Shown piece by piece: positions 19,509 to 30,143 of a stretch of DNA of 64,000 nucleotides. The position numbers and the translations under genes were made by a program. The notes beneath the pieces are model-generated. The model had not been told where the DNA came from, did no database searches, and worked only from the letters and a program-made list of their open reading frames with translations. The stretch's first letter is position 1; each line of letters opens with the position of its first letter. Source of the stretch: Selenomonas ruminantium (GTDB taxonomy: Bacteria > Bacillota > Negativicutes > Selenomonadales > Selenomonadaceae); contig SVBZ01000040.1 in NCBI GenBank assembly GCA_015058575.1, forward strand, positions 8,314-72,313, written 5' to 3'.

Positions 19509-20144
19509 ATGGACTTTATCAAACAGCCAATGGAAATCGAATCGCGCAGTATGGAGATCATCGCACCGCATCTTGCGGCACTCGATCTCGACGAAAAGGC
19601 AACGAAAGTCTACAGCCGCATCATCCATGCGGCGGGTGATGTAGAGTATGCCCCGATAATCCGTGTCGGCGAGGGCGCGATCGATGCCGCGATTGCAGCG
19701 CTGCAAGGTGGTTGTGATATCTATACCGATGTCGAGATGGTCCGTACGGGAATCAACAAGCGCAAACTGGCTTCGTTTGGCGGGCAGGTGCATTGCCTGA
19801 TTGCTGATGAAAAAGTGGCGGCAGCGGCCAAAGCCGAGGGCATCACGCGCTCGATGGCGGCTATGCGTACGTTCGGAGCTGCGCTTGATGGCAACATCGT
19901 CGCTATTGGCAATGCACCGACGGCGCTTTTTGAGGTGCTGCGTCTCATTCGGGAAGAAGGAATACGGCCAGCTTGTGTCGTCGGCATTCCCGTAGGGTTT
20001 GTCGGGGCTGCTGATTCCAAGCAGGCCCTAGCGGAAAACGGTCTGGTGCCGTATATCACTGTCGCGGGGACAAAGGGCGGCAGTCCTATCGCGGCAGCTG
20101 CCATCAATGCGATGATGTATTTCATCAACAACGAACGAGGCTGA
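19509..20144 (+). CDS. cbiC: Cobalt-precorrin-8 methylmutase
   Basis: IESRSMEII, RIIHAAGD, IGNAPTAL, GIPVGFVGAA, KGGS. Confidence 0.93.
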   Translation: MDFIKQPMEIESRSMEIIAPHLAALDLDEKATKVYSRIIHAAGDVEYAPIIRVGEGAIDAAIAALQGGCDIYTDVEMVRTGINKRKLASFGGQVHCLIADEKVAAAAKAEGITRSMAAMRTFGAALDGNIVAIGNAPTALFEVLRLIREEGIRPACVVGIPVGFVGAADSKQALAENGLVPYITVAGTKGGSPIAAAAINAMMYFINNERG

Positions 20145-20147
20145 GCG

Positions 20148-20726
20148 ATGAACGAGATAGGAACAGGCAGGATTGTACTGGTAACCGGCGGGGCCCGGTC
20201 GGGCAAGTCGACGTTTGCAGAGAAGCTGGCAGCAGAGGGCGGGCAGCAGATTGCCTATATTGCTACGGCGCAGATCTACGATGAGGAGATGCGGTTCCGC
20301 GTGAGTTTGCATCAGCAGCGCCGGCCAGACAACTGGCAGACCTATGAGGCGCCGTTTGGCGCCGAAAAGGCCATCTGTGCGGCCAGCGAGCAGAATGATG
20401 TCATCTTGTTTGACTGTATCACGCTGTATCTGAGCAATTTGCTTTGCAGCCTGCCTGAGGCGGAGCTTGCGGCGCAGGATGAGATCTATGCGCTGACCCG
20501 TCAAGAGATCGGGAAGCTCGTTGCGGCAGCTGAGGCGGCGGCCCGGCAGGGGCGAACCGTCATTTTCGTTACCAATGAGGTGGGCGCAGGCATTGTTCCG
20601 GAGAACAAACTCAGCCGTATCTACCGCGATATCAGCGGACTGGCCAATCAGCAGATTGCACGGGCCGCTGCGGAGGTATATGCAGTCATAGCAGGCATTC
20701 CAGTAAACATCAAGGTATTAGCTTAA
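20148..20726 (+). CDS. cobU: Adenosylcobinamide kinase / cobinamide-phosphate guanylyltransferase
   Basis: GGARSGKS, DCITLYLSN, VTNEVGAGIVP. Confidence 0.94.
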   Translation: MNEIGTGRIVLVTGGARSGKSTFAEKLAAEGGQQIAYIATAQIYDEEMRFRVSLHQQRRPDNWQTYEAPFGAEKAICAASEQNDVILFDCITLYLSNLLCSLPEAELAAQDEIYALTRQEIGKLVAAAEAAARQGRTVIFVTNEVGAGIVPENKLSRIYRDISGLANQQIARAAAEVYAVIAGIPVNIKVLA

Positions 20727-20738
20727 GGAGGAATCCAA

Positions 20739-22274
20739 ATGTCGAACGCGATCATGCTCATGGGAACGAGCTCCCATGTTGGCAAAAGCATCATAACTAC
20801 GGCCCTCTGCCGCATTTTTTATCAGCAGGGGCGCAAGGTTGTCCCGTTCAAAGCACAGAATATGGCTTTGAACTCCTATGTCACAAGAGACGGCAAGGAG
20901 ATGGGGCGCGCACAGGTCGCGCAGGCTGAGGCGGCTGGCCTTGAACCGATGGTCGACATGAATCCGGTCCTTTTGAAACCGACGGGAAACAGCTGCTCGC
21001 AGGTGGTTTTGAATGGCGAACCGATTGGCAATATGAGTGCGCGCGAATATCATAAGGGCTATAGCCTGAAGGCGTTTACTGCCGTAAAAGAAGCGCTGGG
21101 GCGGCTGCAGTCTGATTATGATACGCTCGTCATCGAGGGGGCTGGCAGTCCGGCTGAGGTCAATCTCAAGGCCAACGATATCGTCAATATGCGTGTGGCT
21201 AAATACCTCAAGGCGCCCGTGCTATTGATTGCTGATATCGACCGCGGCGGGGCGCTGGCATCGCTTGTCGGTACGCTGGAACTTCTGGACGAAGAGGAAC
21301 GGGCACTGGTCAAAGGGCTTGTCATCAACAAATTCCGTGGCGATGTGAGCCTGCTGACTCCTGCTGTGGAATTCCTTGAGCAGAAAACGGGCAAACCGGT
21401 ACTCGGGATTGTGCCGCATATCGAATCCTTGGGCATCGACGATGAGGATTCGGTATCGCTCGAGGAGAAGCAGGCAGTGCCGCAGGCTGCACCGTTGCGC
21501 CTGGCCGTCATCCAGACGCCGAAACTTTCGAATTTCACAGATTTTGACAGCCTGGCCGCTGAGCCGGATGTGGCGCTCTATTATGTAAAGTCAGCGGCGG
21601 AGCTTGGCGAGCCGGACCTTATCCTGCTGCCGGGCTCGAAGAACACGACAGAGGATCTTCTTTATCTGCGTGAGTCGGGCATCGAAGCGGCTGTCCGCCA
21701 GTGCGTAGAGCAGGGAACGCCGCTTTGGGGCATCTGTGGCGGCTATCAGATGCTGGGCCGTACAATCTGCGATCCGCTGCATACAGAGTCTGCCCATGAC
21801 CGTGTGGCAGGTATGGGGTATCTCGACATGGAGACGACGTTTGCGGCAGAGAAGCTCACGACGCAGGTAACGGCTGATTGCGTCGAGCTGCCATTCCTCG
21901 GGCAGACGCTCATGGCAAAGCAGCTGCCAGGATATGAAATCCATATGGGCAAGACTGCGTTCGGTCCTGCGGTTGCCCATCCCTTCCATATCACAGCGAA
22001 AGCTGAGGCGGCTTTCGATGGCTGGGATGGTGCATACGCTTTGGCTGGGCAGGGGGAAGTCGTGGGTACGTATATCCATGGCATCTTCGATCATGACGGC
22101 TTCCGCCGCCAGGTGCTCAATGCACTGCGTGAGCGCAAAGGACTGGCACCGCTCGACATCCAGCGTAATGTGCGGGCAGAAAAGGAAAAAGCCTATAATC
22201 ATCTGGCCGATGTCGTGCGGCAGAGCCTTGACATGGAAAAACTCGCGCAGATCATGGGGGAGAAAACATGCTGA
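20739..22274 (+). CDS. cobQ: Cobyric acid synthase
   Basis: GTSSHVGKS, PFKAQNMALNS, IEGAGSPAEVNL, GICGGYQMLG, GYEIH. Confidence 0.95.
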   Translation: MSNAIMLMGTSSHVGKSIITTALCRIFYQQGRKVVPFKAQNMALNSYVTRDGKEMGRAQVAQAEAAGLEPMVDMNPVLLKPTGNSCSQVVLNGEPIGNMSAREYHKGYSLKAFTAVKEALGRLQSDYDTLVIEGAGSPAEVNLKANDIVNMRVAKYLKAPVLLIADIDRGGALASLVGTLELLDEEERALVKGLVINKFRGDVSLLTPAVEFLEQKTGKPVLGIVPHIESLGIDDEDSVSLEEKQAVPQAAPLRLAVIQTPKLSNFTDFDSLAAEPDVALYYVKSAAELGEPDLILLPGSKNTTEDLLYLRESGIEAAVRQCVEQGTPLWGICGGYQMLGRTICDPLHTESAHDRVAGMGYLDMETTFAAEKLTTQVTADCVELPFLGQTLMAKQLPGYEIHMGKTAFGPAVAHPFHITAKAEAAFDGWDGAYALAGQGEVVGTYIHGIFDHDGFRRQVLNALRERKGLAPLDIQRNVRAEKEKAYNHLADVVRQSLDMEKLAQIMGEKTC

Positions 22275-23209
22275 CGGCTATCCTGGCTTTTTTCATCGAT
22301 ACGGTCATTGGCGACCCAAACAGCCGCTGGCATCCCGTCGTGCTGATGGGCAGGCTTATCAGCGGCCTCGAGCGGCTTTTTTACCAGGCCGAAGACAGCG
22401 ACGGCAAGAAATATGCGATGGGTGCGATGCTCGTGCTGATTACCCTGCTCGTGTCTTATGAGGCAGCAGCGGCCATCATGATGCTCTCATACCATATTCC
22501 TTGGGAATGGGGCAGGATTGCCGTTGGGGCTTTGCTGCTCGCCTTTATGATTTCGCCCAAGAGCCTTGCCAAGGCGGGCAAGGGCATCTATGCGCTGCTT
22601 ATCCTCGGCGACATCGAGGCGGCGCGCAAGAAGGTGGGCTGGATCGTTGGCCGTGATACGGAGGAACTTACCGATGCCGAAATCGCACGGGCGACGGTGG
22701 AGACTATTGCGGAAAATACAGTCGATGGCATCATTGCCCCGCTGTTCTTTTTCGTCCTTGGCGGTGTGCCGCTGGCTGTGCTTTATCGTGCAGCCAATAC
22801 GATGGATTCGATGATCGGTTACAAGAACGGCAAGTATCTGTATTTCGGACGGGCGGCGGCCAAGCTCGATGATGTGCTGAACTACATTCCGGCGCGTATC
22901 ACAGGCGTCCTGTTCATCTTTGCGGCCTGCCTGCTGGGCTTTGATTACAAGAATGCTTATGAGATGATGCTGCGCGATGCTGCCAAGCATCCGAGTCCGA
23001 ATGGCGGCTATGCCGAGGCTACGGTGGCTGGGGCGCTGCATATCCGCCTGGGCGGCATCAATTCGTATTTTGGCAAGAAGTCGCTGCGCGCGTATATGGG
23101 TGAGGCCATTGAACTGACTGCCCCCAAGCATATCATGGAATGCATCCGCATGATGTACACGGTGACTGTGATGTTTATCATTATTACCTATGCGATGTTT
23201 GGGTTATGA
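22268..23209 (+). CDS. cbiB: Adenosylcobinamide-phosphate synthase
   Basis: IGDP..WHPV, VGRDT, AENTVDG, NTMDSMIGYKN, SPNGGY. Confidence 0.94.
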   Translation: MLTAILAFFIDTVIGDPNSRWHPVVLMGRLISGLERLFYQAEDSDGKKYAMGAMLVLITLLVSYEAAAAIMMLSYHIPWEWGRIAVGALLLAFMISPKSLAKAGKGIYALLILGDIEAARKKVGWIVGRDTEELTDAEIARATVETIAENTVDGIIAPLFFFVLGGVPLAVLYRAANTMDSMIGYKNGKYLYFGRAAAKLDDVLNYIPARITGVLFIFAACLLGFDYKNAYEMMLRDAAKHPSPNGGYAEATVAGALHIRLGGINSYFGKKSLRAYMGEAIELTAPKHIMECIRMMYTVTVMFIIITYAMFGL

Positions 23210-23251
23210 TAAGAGTGATAAATATCACTAACATCTAGGAGGTCGTTATCC

Positions 23252-24019
23252 ATGAAATCATTTATCACTGCCTTGCAATTCCTGACGCGTATCCATCTGA
23301 AGAACCAGCCGGACCTGACCATTGAGGACTTCGGCCGCAGTACGAAATTCTTTCCGCTGGTCGGTGCGATTCTCGGCTTTATCTATCTGCTGGCGGCCTG
23401 GTGCCTGATTGCGGTTTTCGGCTGGGCCAATTTTGTCACGACAATCCTGGTCCTGCTGCCGGTTTTCGTGACGGGCGGGCTCTTGCTTGACGGCTATATG
23501 GATACGGCAGACGGTGTCTTTTCAGCCCGTGACCGCGAGCGCAAGCTGGAAATCATGAAGGACAGCCGCGTTGGTTCGTTTGGCGTTATTGCGCTCGTTG
23601 CCCTTATGATGATCGACTGGACGGTATTGCGCGATATCAAGCTCGTGCTGATTATGACCGCTTTGTTCATCATGCCGGTTATCGGCCGCATGGCCATGGT
23701 CATGGTCATTGCTTTTTTCCCGTATGCGCGCAAAGAGGGCATGGGTAAGGCTTTTGCCGATATGGCCGATAAGGAGACTGTCGCTATCGCTGGCATAACG
23801 ACTATCCTGTTTGTCGTGCCCTGGGGACAGGCAGCGATTGTGGCGCTGGCTGCAGGGCTTGGCTTTGCCTGGCTGCTCGGTGCCTGGCTGACGAGCAAGC
23901 TTGGTGGCCTGACTGGCGACACGTATGGAGCAATCGAGACGTTGACCGAGACGGTGGTGCTCGTTGTATTCTTAGTGACTTCCTGGATTCCAGGCGGTCT
24001 GCATATTTTATGGCGCTGA
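23252..24019 (+). CDS. cobS: Cobalamin synthase
   Basis: ALQFLTRI, LDGYMDTADG, IMKDSRVGSFG, GGLTGDTYGA. Confidence 0.94.
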   Translation: MKSFITALQFLTRIHLKNQPDLTIEDFGRSTKFFPLVGAILGFIYLLAAWCLIAVFGWANFVTTILVLLPVFVTGGLLLDGYMDTADGVFSARDRERKLEIMKDSRVGSFGVIALVALMMIDWTVLRDIKLVLIMTALFIMPVIGRMAMVMVIAFFPYARKEGMGKAFADMADKETVAIAGITTILFVVPWGQAAIVALAAGLGFAWLLGAWLTSKLGGLTGDTYGAIETLTETVVLVVFLVTSWIPGGLHILWR

Positions 24020-24049
24020 GCAAAGCGCCCCTTAGGAGCGTTTGAATTT

Positions 24050-24955
24050 ATGGAAATCACTGTCCGTGTCCCTGGTTCCTGCGGTGAGCTGCTGCAGGGT
24101 GAGCTGCAAGGCGAGCCGTTCTTGGTCACCTGCCCGATTGGCTGCTATACGACGGTGCATGTTTCTGATGCACTGGCAGGTATCCACGGGCTGGGCCGCA
24201 AATCGCTGATGGCGCTGGAGAAGACGCTGACGAGCCTTGGAAAGGAGGAGTTTCCTTGGGGCATCCGACTCGAGTCCAGCTTGCCGCGTGGCAAAGGCAT
24301 GGCATCATCGAGTGCTGATATCGCGGCAACTATAGCAGCGGTGGCACTGGCCTTTGGCTATCAGCCGTATTGGGAAGAAATCATGCGGCTGGCTGTCGAT
24401 ATCGAGCCTACAGACGGTGTTTTCTGCCCTGGTGTCGTGTGCATCAATCATATGGATGGACGAATGCTGGCAGGCTATCGGGGCCTGCCGGCTTTTCGTA
24501 TTTCTGTTTACGATACAGGTGGAGAGGTCGATACGCTCCGCTATCATGAGACATTGTCCGTATCGCCTGCCAGCAGGGCATCAGCTGCGGCAATGGAAAC
24601 GTTCAAGCGCGGGATAAAGATGCATGATGAGGCACTGCTGGCGGCTGCAGCAACGGCAAGTGCACTGGCCAACCAGCAGCTGCTTTATAAAGAGGGTCTA
24701 GAGGAGCTGTTGTCATTTAGCCGGCGTCTTGGCGCGTGTGGCGTGAATGTGGCGCACAGTGGCACCGTGATAGGCGTATTATGGCCGGCAGATTTTGCCG
24801 ATAGCAAACTGCGGCAGGCAGAAGGCTGCATTGGGCAGCGATTCCCGCAGCTGAAGTTCCTCCTGCGCTCGCGCTTGCAGAGTGGTGGCATCTGGGTCGC
24901 CACAGGCAGTGAGGGACGGTGGCAGGAGTTGTTTGCAGGACAGGAGGAAGCATAG
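24050..24955 (+). CDS. pduX: GHMP kinase, L-threonine kinase type
   Basis: PGSCGELLQG, LPRGKGMASSSAD, IEPTDG, NVAHSGTVIG; located in the cob cluster. Confidence 0.85.
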   Translation: MEITVRVPGSCGELLQGELQGEPFLVTCPIGCYTTVHVSDALAGIHGLGRKSLMALEKTLTSLGKEEFPWGIRLESSLPRGKGMASSSADIAATIAAVALAFGYQPYWEEIMRLAVDIEPTDGVFCPGVVCINHMDGRMLAGYRGLPAFRISVYDTGGEVDTLRYHETLSVSPASRASAAAMETFKRGIKMHDEALLAAAATASALANQQLLYKEGLEELLSFSRRLGACGVNVAHSGTVIGVLWPADFADSKLRQAEGCIGQRFPQLKFLLRSRLQSGGIWVATGSEGRWQELFAGQEEA

Positions 24956-26338
24956 ATGGTACAGAAGCACAAACCAGCAGGATTGCCGCGGCTCGTCATA
25001 GCTGCGACACAGTCCGGCTCTGGCAAGACGACAATCGTTACGGGGCTGCTCGCGGCATTGCGGGCGCAAGGGCTCGTGGTACAGTCGTTCAAGGTGGGAC
25101 CGGATTATATCGATCCGGGGTATCATGCGCTGGCCAGCGGGCGGCCCGCACATAATCTCGATACCTGGCTGACACCGGCTGAGATAGTACCGGCCTTGTT
25201 TGCCGCTGAGGCTGCTGGTGCTGACCTGGCTGTGATTGAGGGCGTCATGGGGCTTTACGATGGCGGCCGTCATGGCGTGAGTTCGACTGCGGCCATAGCC
25301 AAGCTTTTGGATGCACCGGTGCTCCTGGTGATCGATGCCAAATCGATGGGGGCATCGGCGGCCGCGATTGCCCAAGGGTTTCGCGATTATGACCCGCAAG
25401 TGCAGTTGAAAGGTGTCATCTTGAACCGGCTGGGATCTGCTACGCATGAAGCGATGATCCGCGAGGCCATGGCGGCCATAGGCATCGAAGTATATGGTGC
25501 TTTGCATCGCGACGATGCACTGCGGATGCCCGAGCGGCATCTGGGGCTGCTGCCGGTGCAGGAAAATGAGGAACGGCAGGTCGTAGAGAAAATGGGGCAG
25601 GCAATCGGCCGCCAGCTCGACCTTGCTGCGATATGGATGCTCGCGCAGGCAGCGGCACCGCTGGCTATATCGGAAACGGCGGCTGTTGGTGTGTGGAAAA
25701 AGCGCTGCCGCATCGGGGTGGCGCGCGATGAAGCCTTTTCGTTTTACTATCTGACGAGTTTGCAGGTATTGGAGCGTCTGGGCGCAGAACTCGTGCCTTT
25801 CAGCCCGCTGCATGATGCGGAATTACCAGCTGTCGATGGCTTATTGCTCGGCGGGGGGTTCCCCGAGATGTTTGCCGCGCAGCTGGCCGCGAATACAGGT
25901 ATGCGCGCGGCTATCCGCCAGCAGGCGGAGGCGGGCATGCCCATCTATGCCGAATGTGGCGGATATATGTATTTGTTGGCGGAGCTGCAGGATTTTGCGG
26001 GGCAGTGCTATCCGATGGCCGGCGTGTTTTCCGGCCGGGCCGTGATGACCAGGAAGCTGCAGATGGTTGGCTACGTGACGGCTGAGCAGAAATGTGATAC
26101 GATACTAGGAGAAAAGGGGATGACCCTTAAAGGTCACGAATTCCATTTTTCGCTGGAACAGGAGAACGGAAAGCTGGCGCGTCCCTTTGCCTTTACGAAA
26201 CTGCGCAACGGCCAGGTCTATGCGGCGGGGCAGCAGCGGGGACAGGCATTGGGCAGTTACCTGCATCTGCATTTTGCTGGCTGTCCCGCGGCCGCAGCGT
26301 CGTTTGTTCGTCAGTGCGAAAGATGGCAGGCAAGATAA
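24956..26338 (+). CDS. cbiA: Cobyrinate a,c-diamide synthase
   Basis: SGSGKTT, FKVGPDYIDP, EGVMGLYDG, ERHLGL, YAECGGYMYL, GHEFH. Confidence 0.94.
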   Translation: MVQKHKPAGLPRLVIAATQSGSGKTTIVTGLLAALRAQGLVVQSFKVGPDYIDPGYHALASGRPAHNLDTWLTPAEIVPALFAAEAAGADLAVIEGVMGLYDGGRHGVSSTAAIAKLLDAPVLLVIDAKSMGASAAAIAQGFRDYDPQVQLKGVILNRLGSATHEAMIREAMAAIGIEVYGALHRDDALRMPERHLGLLPVQENEERQVVEKMGQAIGRQLDLAAIWMLAQAAAPLAISETAAVGVWKKRCRIGVARDEAFSFYYLTSLQVLERLGAELVPFSPLHDAELPAVDGLLLGGGFPEMFAAQLAANTGMRAAIRQQAEAGMPIYAECGGYMYLLAELQDFAGQCYPMAGVFSGRAVMTRKLQMVGYVTAEQKCDTILGEKGMTLKGHEFHFSLEQENGKLARPFAFTKLRNGQVYAAGQQRGQALGSYLHLHFAGCPAAAASFVRQCERWQAR

Positions 26339-26350
26339 GAGGTGGCAGAC

Positions 26351-27418
26351 ATGGAAAAGTTCGAACATGGCGGGAATATCTATCGGGATGGGCTGCCTGC
26401 TGGCGGCTGGCTGGATTTTTCAGCGAATATTAATCCGGCGGGGCTGGCTCCATCGGTGCGGGAGGCTTTGCTGGCATCCGTAGATGATGTGATACGGTAT
26501 CCCGATCCCGAGGCCAAGGAACTCAAGGCGGCTTTAGCGGAGCGCTATAATGTGCCTGCTGCGCAGCTTGTGCTGGGAAATGGTGCGGCAGAGCTATTCT
26601 ATCTGTTTTTGCAGACTATCCGGCCACGGCGGGTGTTGCTGCCGGTGCCATCGTTCAGTGAGTATGAGCGGGCGGCCTTGGCGGCCCGCTGCAAAATAAG
26701 CTTTTTTGCGCTGAGCGCCGGAAATGATTTTCGCTTCGACTGGGAGGAGCTGCTGGCGGTGCTGCCAGTAACGGACTGTGTCATCCTGGGCAATCCCAAC
26801 AATCCGACGGGTACGCTGGTAACGCGCAATGAACTTGTGCGGCTGCTGGAGGAAATCAAAGATGGCACGCAGTGGCTGGTCGTTGATGAGTCCTTCCTGG
26901 ATTTCTTGCTCTTTGACAGCCGCTATACGGTACGTGACCTGGTGGCAGAATATCCGCGCCTGTTCGTCGTGCAGTCGCTGACGAAGTTCTATGCTTTGCC
27001 AGGGCTGCGGCTGGGCTTTGGTGTAGCTGAGGAAAATCTGGCTGCAAGGCTCAATGCGGGCAAAGATGTCTGGAATGTCAATCTTCTGGCACAGAGGGCC
27101 GGCGTGGCGGCGCTTATGGATACGGAATATCAGCAGAAAAGCCGCCAGCAGCTCATTGAGGAGATGCAGCGTCTGCATAAAGGGATTGATGGCCTGCATG
27201 GCATCAAGGCTTTTCCGCCTAGTGTGAACTTTATGCTGCTCGATGTTTCGGGAACGGGACTTAACAGCAGTGAATTTACGGCAAAATTGCAGGCACGGGG
27301 GATTCTCGTGCGCGATTGTGCCAATTATACGGGCATTGAAGACGATTGTTACGTGCGTATCGCCATCCGTCAGCCGGAGGAGAATGATCGACTGCTTGCC
27401 GTATTGGAGGATTTTTGA
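26351..27418 (+). CDS. cobD: L-threonine-O-3-phosphate decarboxylase (PLP-dependent)
   Basis: HGGN, DFSANINP, NPNNPTG, SLTKFYALPGLRLG; located in the cob cluster. Confidence 0.9.
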   Translation: MEKFEHGGNIYRDGLPAGGWLDFSANINPAGLAPSVREALLASVDDVIRYPDPEAKELKAALAERYNVPAAQLVLGNGAAELFYLFLQTIRPRRVLLPVPSFSEYERAALAARCKISFFALSAGNDFRFDWEELLAVLPVTDCVILGNPNNPTGTLVTRNELVRLLEEIKDGTQWLVVDESFLDFLLFDSRYTVRDLVAEYPRLFVVQSLTKFYALPGLRLGFGVAEENLAARLNAGKDVWNVNLLAQRAGVAALMDTEYQQKSRQQLIEEMQRLHKGIDGLHGIKAFPPSVNFMLLDVSGTGLNSSEFTAKLQARGILVRDCANYTGIEDDCYVRIAIRQPEENDRLLAVLEDF

Positions 27419-27421
27419 TTC

Positions 27422-28039
27422 ATGGTAAAAGTTGTATTCGTCCGTCATGGACAGACGGAATGGAATGTCAGTGGAAGATATCAAGGGCAGTCGGATGTGG
27501 CCCTGTCAGCAGCAGGCTTAGCGCAGGCAGAAAAACTGGCAGAGGGATTTCCCGTGGCGCATCTTGATGCCGTTTATGCAAGTGACCTTGTGCGGGCACG
27601 CGTCACAGCTGAGACAGTGGCCAAGAAATTCGGCTTGCCTGTCCAGCTGGAGCCGGCTTTCCGGGAACTGAGCTTTGGCGATTGGGAAGGCTTGACTTAC
27701 GAGGAAATCGTAGCTTCATGGCCCGATGCCATGCGCAATTTCCTGGCACATCCAGACATCCTGGAGGTGCCGCATGGCGAATCGTTTCCCGCCGTGCAGC
27801 AGCGGGCGCTGAAGCGGCTGCATGAGCTGCTTCAGCAGCATGAGGGGCAGACCATCATGATCGCTGCGCATGGTGCTGTACTGCGTACGATGCTTGTCGC
27901 GGCACTTCATATGCCGCTGCAATATCTGTGGAGCATCCGGCAGTTCAATACGGCGGTCAACATCGTGCGCTATGACACAGACGGCAGTCCGACGGTGGAA
28001 TTATTGAACAGTACAGCGCATTTAGGGGAGCTCAGATAA
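27422..28039 (+). CDS. cobC: Alpha-ribazole-5'-phosphate phosphatase (histidine phosphatase family)
   Basis: RHGQTEWN, ELSFGDWEG, PHGES, AHGAV; last gene of the cob cluster. Confidence 0.85.
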   Translation: MVKVVFVRHGQTEWNVSGRYQGQSDVALSAAGLAQAEKLAEGFPVAHLDAVYASDLVRARVTAETVAKKFGLPVQLEPAFRELSFGDWEGLTYEEIVASWPDAMRNFLAHPDILEVPHGESFPAVQQRALKRLHELLQQHEGQTIMIAAHGAVLRTMLVAALHMPLQYLWSIRQFNTAVNIVRYDTDGSPTVELLNSTAHLGELR

Positions 28040-28058
28040 TAAGGAAGAAGGTTTAGCA

Positions 28059-28982
28059 ATGAAGGTTTTAGTGACAGGCGGAGCTGGGTTTATCGGTTCG
28101 CATTTGGTGCGGCAGCTGCTGGCAGCAGGCCATGAGGTAACGGTGCTTGACAATGTCAGCACGGGCGACTGGGGACACGTACCAGCTGGCTGTGAAGAGT
28201 GGGAGATGGATATCCGTTCGCAGGAAATCATCCCGCGTATCATGAAGGCGCGCTTCGATGCTATCGTACATCTGGCGGCACAGACGATGGTCAATGTCTC
28301 GATCGATGATCCGGCATTTGATGCGATGCAGAATATAGCCGGTACTGTAAATGTGCTTGAAGCTGCCCGCAAAAGCGAGGTCGGCCGTGTTATCTTTGCT
28401 TCGACGGCGGCTGGTTATGGCGATGTAGCAGAAACGGATCTGCCAATCAAGGAGCAGCAGGCGCTGCAGCCGATGTCTTTCTATGGTCTCAGCAAAGTAA
28501 CGGTCGAGAAGTATCTGGCCATGTATAAAGAAGTCTTTGGGCTTGACTATGTCGTACTGCGCTTTGCCAACGTCTATGGGGAACGCCAGGGAGATACAGG
28601 CGAGGGAGGTGTCATCAGCATCTTCGCCAAGAAGGTCGCAGCTGGCAAGGGCATCACGATCTATGGCGATGGCGAGCAGACGCGTGACTTCATCTATGCG
28701 GGGGATATCGCTGCCGGCATCTGCGCAGCATTGACGACGGATAAGGTCAATGCTGTCTATAATCTGAGCACCTGCACGGAGACCAGCCTCAATGAACTGG
28801 TAAAAATCATGGAGGACATTACCTGGAAAAAGGTAGATGTGTCCTATGGTGCTGTGCGTACCGGTGATATCCGCCGCTCAGTGCTCGACAATACCGGGGC
28901 CATCCAGAATCTTGGCTGGAAGCCGCAGACGAGCCTCAAGAAAGGTCTCAAGAACACCATTGGGTATTTCAAGGGAGAATGA
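28059..28982 (+). CDS. NAD-dependent epimerase/dehydratase (UDP-glucose 4-epimerase-like)
   Basis: GGAGFIGSH, YGLSK, RFANVYG, GDGEQTRDFI. Confidence 0.9.
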   Translation: MKVLVTGGAGFIGSHLVRQLLAAGHEVTVLDNVSTGDWGHVPAGCEEWEMDIRSQEIIPRIMKARFDAIVHLAAQTMVNVSIDDPAFDAMQNIAGTVNVLEAARKSEVGRVIFASTAAGYGDVAETDLPIKEQQALQPMSFYGLSKVTVEKYLAMYKEVFGLDYVVLRFANVYGERQGDTGEGGVISIFAKKVAAGKGITIYGDGEQTRDFIYAGDIAAGICAALTTDKVNAVYNLSTCTETSLNELVKIMEDITWKKVDVSYGAVRTGDIRRSVLDNTGAIQNLGWKPQTSLKKGLKNTIGYFKGE

Positions 28983-29089
28983 TGGTTATACACAGGATAG
29001 CTGTGTATAAATCGGTTATTTTCTTGGAGAAAAAGTAAAAAATCCCTTGACTTGTTGCGTTTTTGTGAGTAGAATATTTCTATGTGATG

Positions 29090-29170
29090 TTACGGACTCA
29101 GGCATCCATTAGCCCCGGAAGCCGTTTTCGAGAGCGTCATATACCGATGAAATAAGAAATGAAAGTATTA
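29090..29170 (+). promoter_or_regulatory. Probable L13 ribosomal protein leader
   Basis: TAGCCCCGGA-containing leader between a sigmaA-like promoter (TTGACT...TAGAAT) and rplM; boundaries approximate. Confidence 0.55.
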
Positions 29171-29183
29171 GGGGGGAAATCGC

Positions 29184-29624
29184 ATGAAGACAACGTTTAT
29201 GGCAAATGCATCCAATATCGAGCGCAAATGGTATGTTGTAGACGCTGAAGGCCAGACTGTCGGCCGCCTCGCAGCTGAAGTCGCAAAAGTTCTTCGCGGT
29301 AAAAATAAACCGACCTTTACTCCGCACGTTGATACGGGTGATTACGTCATCGTCATCAATGCAGAGAAAGTAAAATTCACGGGTAAGAAACTGACGGACA
29401 AGACCTATTTCCGTCATTCCGGTTACCAGGGTGGCACGACGTTCACGTCCGCTGGCCTGATGCTCGAGAAGTTCCCGGAGCGCGTTCTGGAGCACGCTAT
29501 CAAAGGCATGCTGCCGCACAACCGCCTCGGTGCTCAGATGTACCGCAAGCTCAGCGTTTACGCTGGCAGCGAGCATCCGCATGCAGCTCAGAAGCCGGAA
29601 AAGCTTGAGCTGAACATTCGCTAA
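29184..29624 (+). CDS. rplM: 50S ribosomal protein L13
   Basis: [29 protein letters not shown]. Confidence 0.98.
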   Translation: MKTTFMANASNIERKWYVVDAEGQTVGRLAAEVAKVLRGKNKPTFTPHVDTGDYVIVINAEKVKFTGKKLTDKTYFRHSGYQGGTTFTSAGLMLEKFPERVLEHAIKGMLPHNRLGAQMYRKLSVYAGSEHPHAAQKPEKLELNIR

Positions 29625-29648
29625 TCTGGAAAGGGAGGAACATTCTAC

Positions 29649-30041
29649 ATGGCACAAGTAAGCTACTACGGCACTGGCCGCAGAAAATCTTCCGTTGCCC
29701 GTGTTCGTCTGGTTCCGGGCGAAGGCAAAGTTACGATCAATGGTCGTAGCATGGAAGAGTATTTTGGTCTGAAGACTCTCGAACTCATCGTTCGTCAGCC
29801 GCTCAACCTTACGGAGACTGTTGACAAGTATGACGTCATTGCAAACGTTGCAGGTGGCGGTGTAACTGGTCAGGCAGGCGCCATCCGTCACGGTATCACC
29901 CGTGCACTCATGGAGATGGACGCTGATCTCCGTCCGGCCCTCAAGAAGGCTGGCTTCGTAACGCGTGACCCGCGTGAGAAAGAGCGCCGTAAATACGGTC
30001 TCAAGAAAGCTCGTAAGGCTTCTCAGTTCTCGAAACGTTAA
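29649..30041 (+). CDS. rpsI: 30S ribosomal protein S9
   Basis: [32 protein letters not shown]. Confidence 0.98.
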   Translation: MAQVSYYGTGRRKSSVARVRLVPGEGKVTINGRSMEEYFGLKTLELIVRQPLNLTETVDKYDVIANVAGGGVTGQAGAIRHGITRALMEMDADLRPALKKAGFVTRDPREKERRKYGLKKARKASQFSKR

Positions 30042-30143
30042 TCCGTTTTATACGAACAATACATCCGCAGCTTCGGCTGCGGATTTTTTTTGCCTCAAAA
30101 AAAGACCAGCAAGCGTGCTTGCTGGTCTTTTTTCTGTTGCTGC

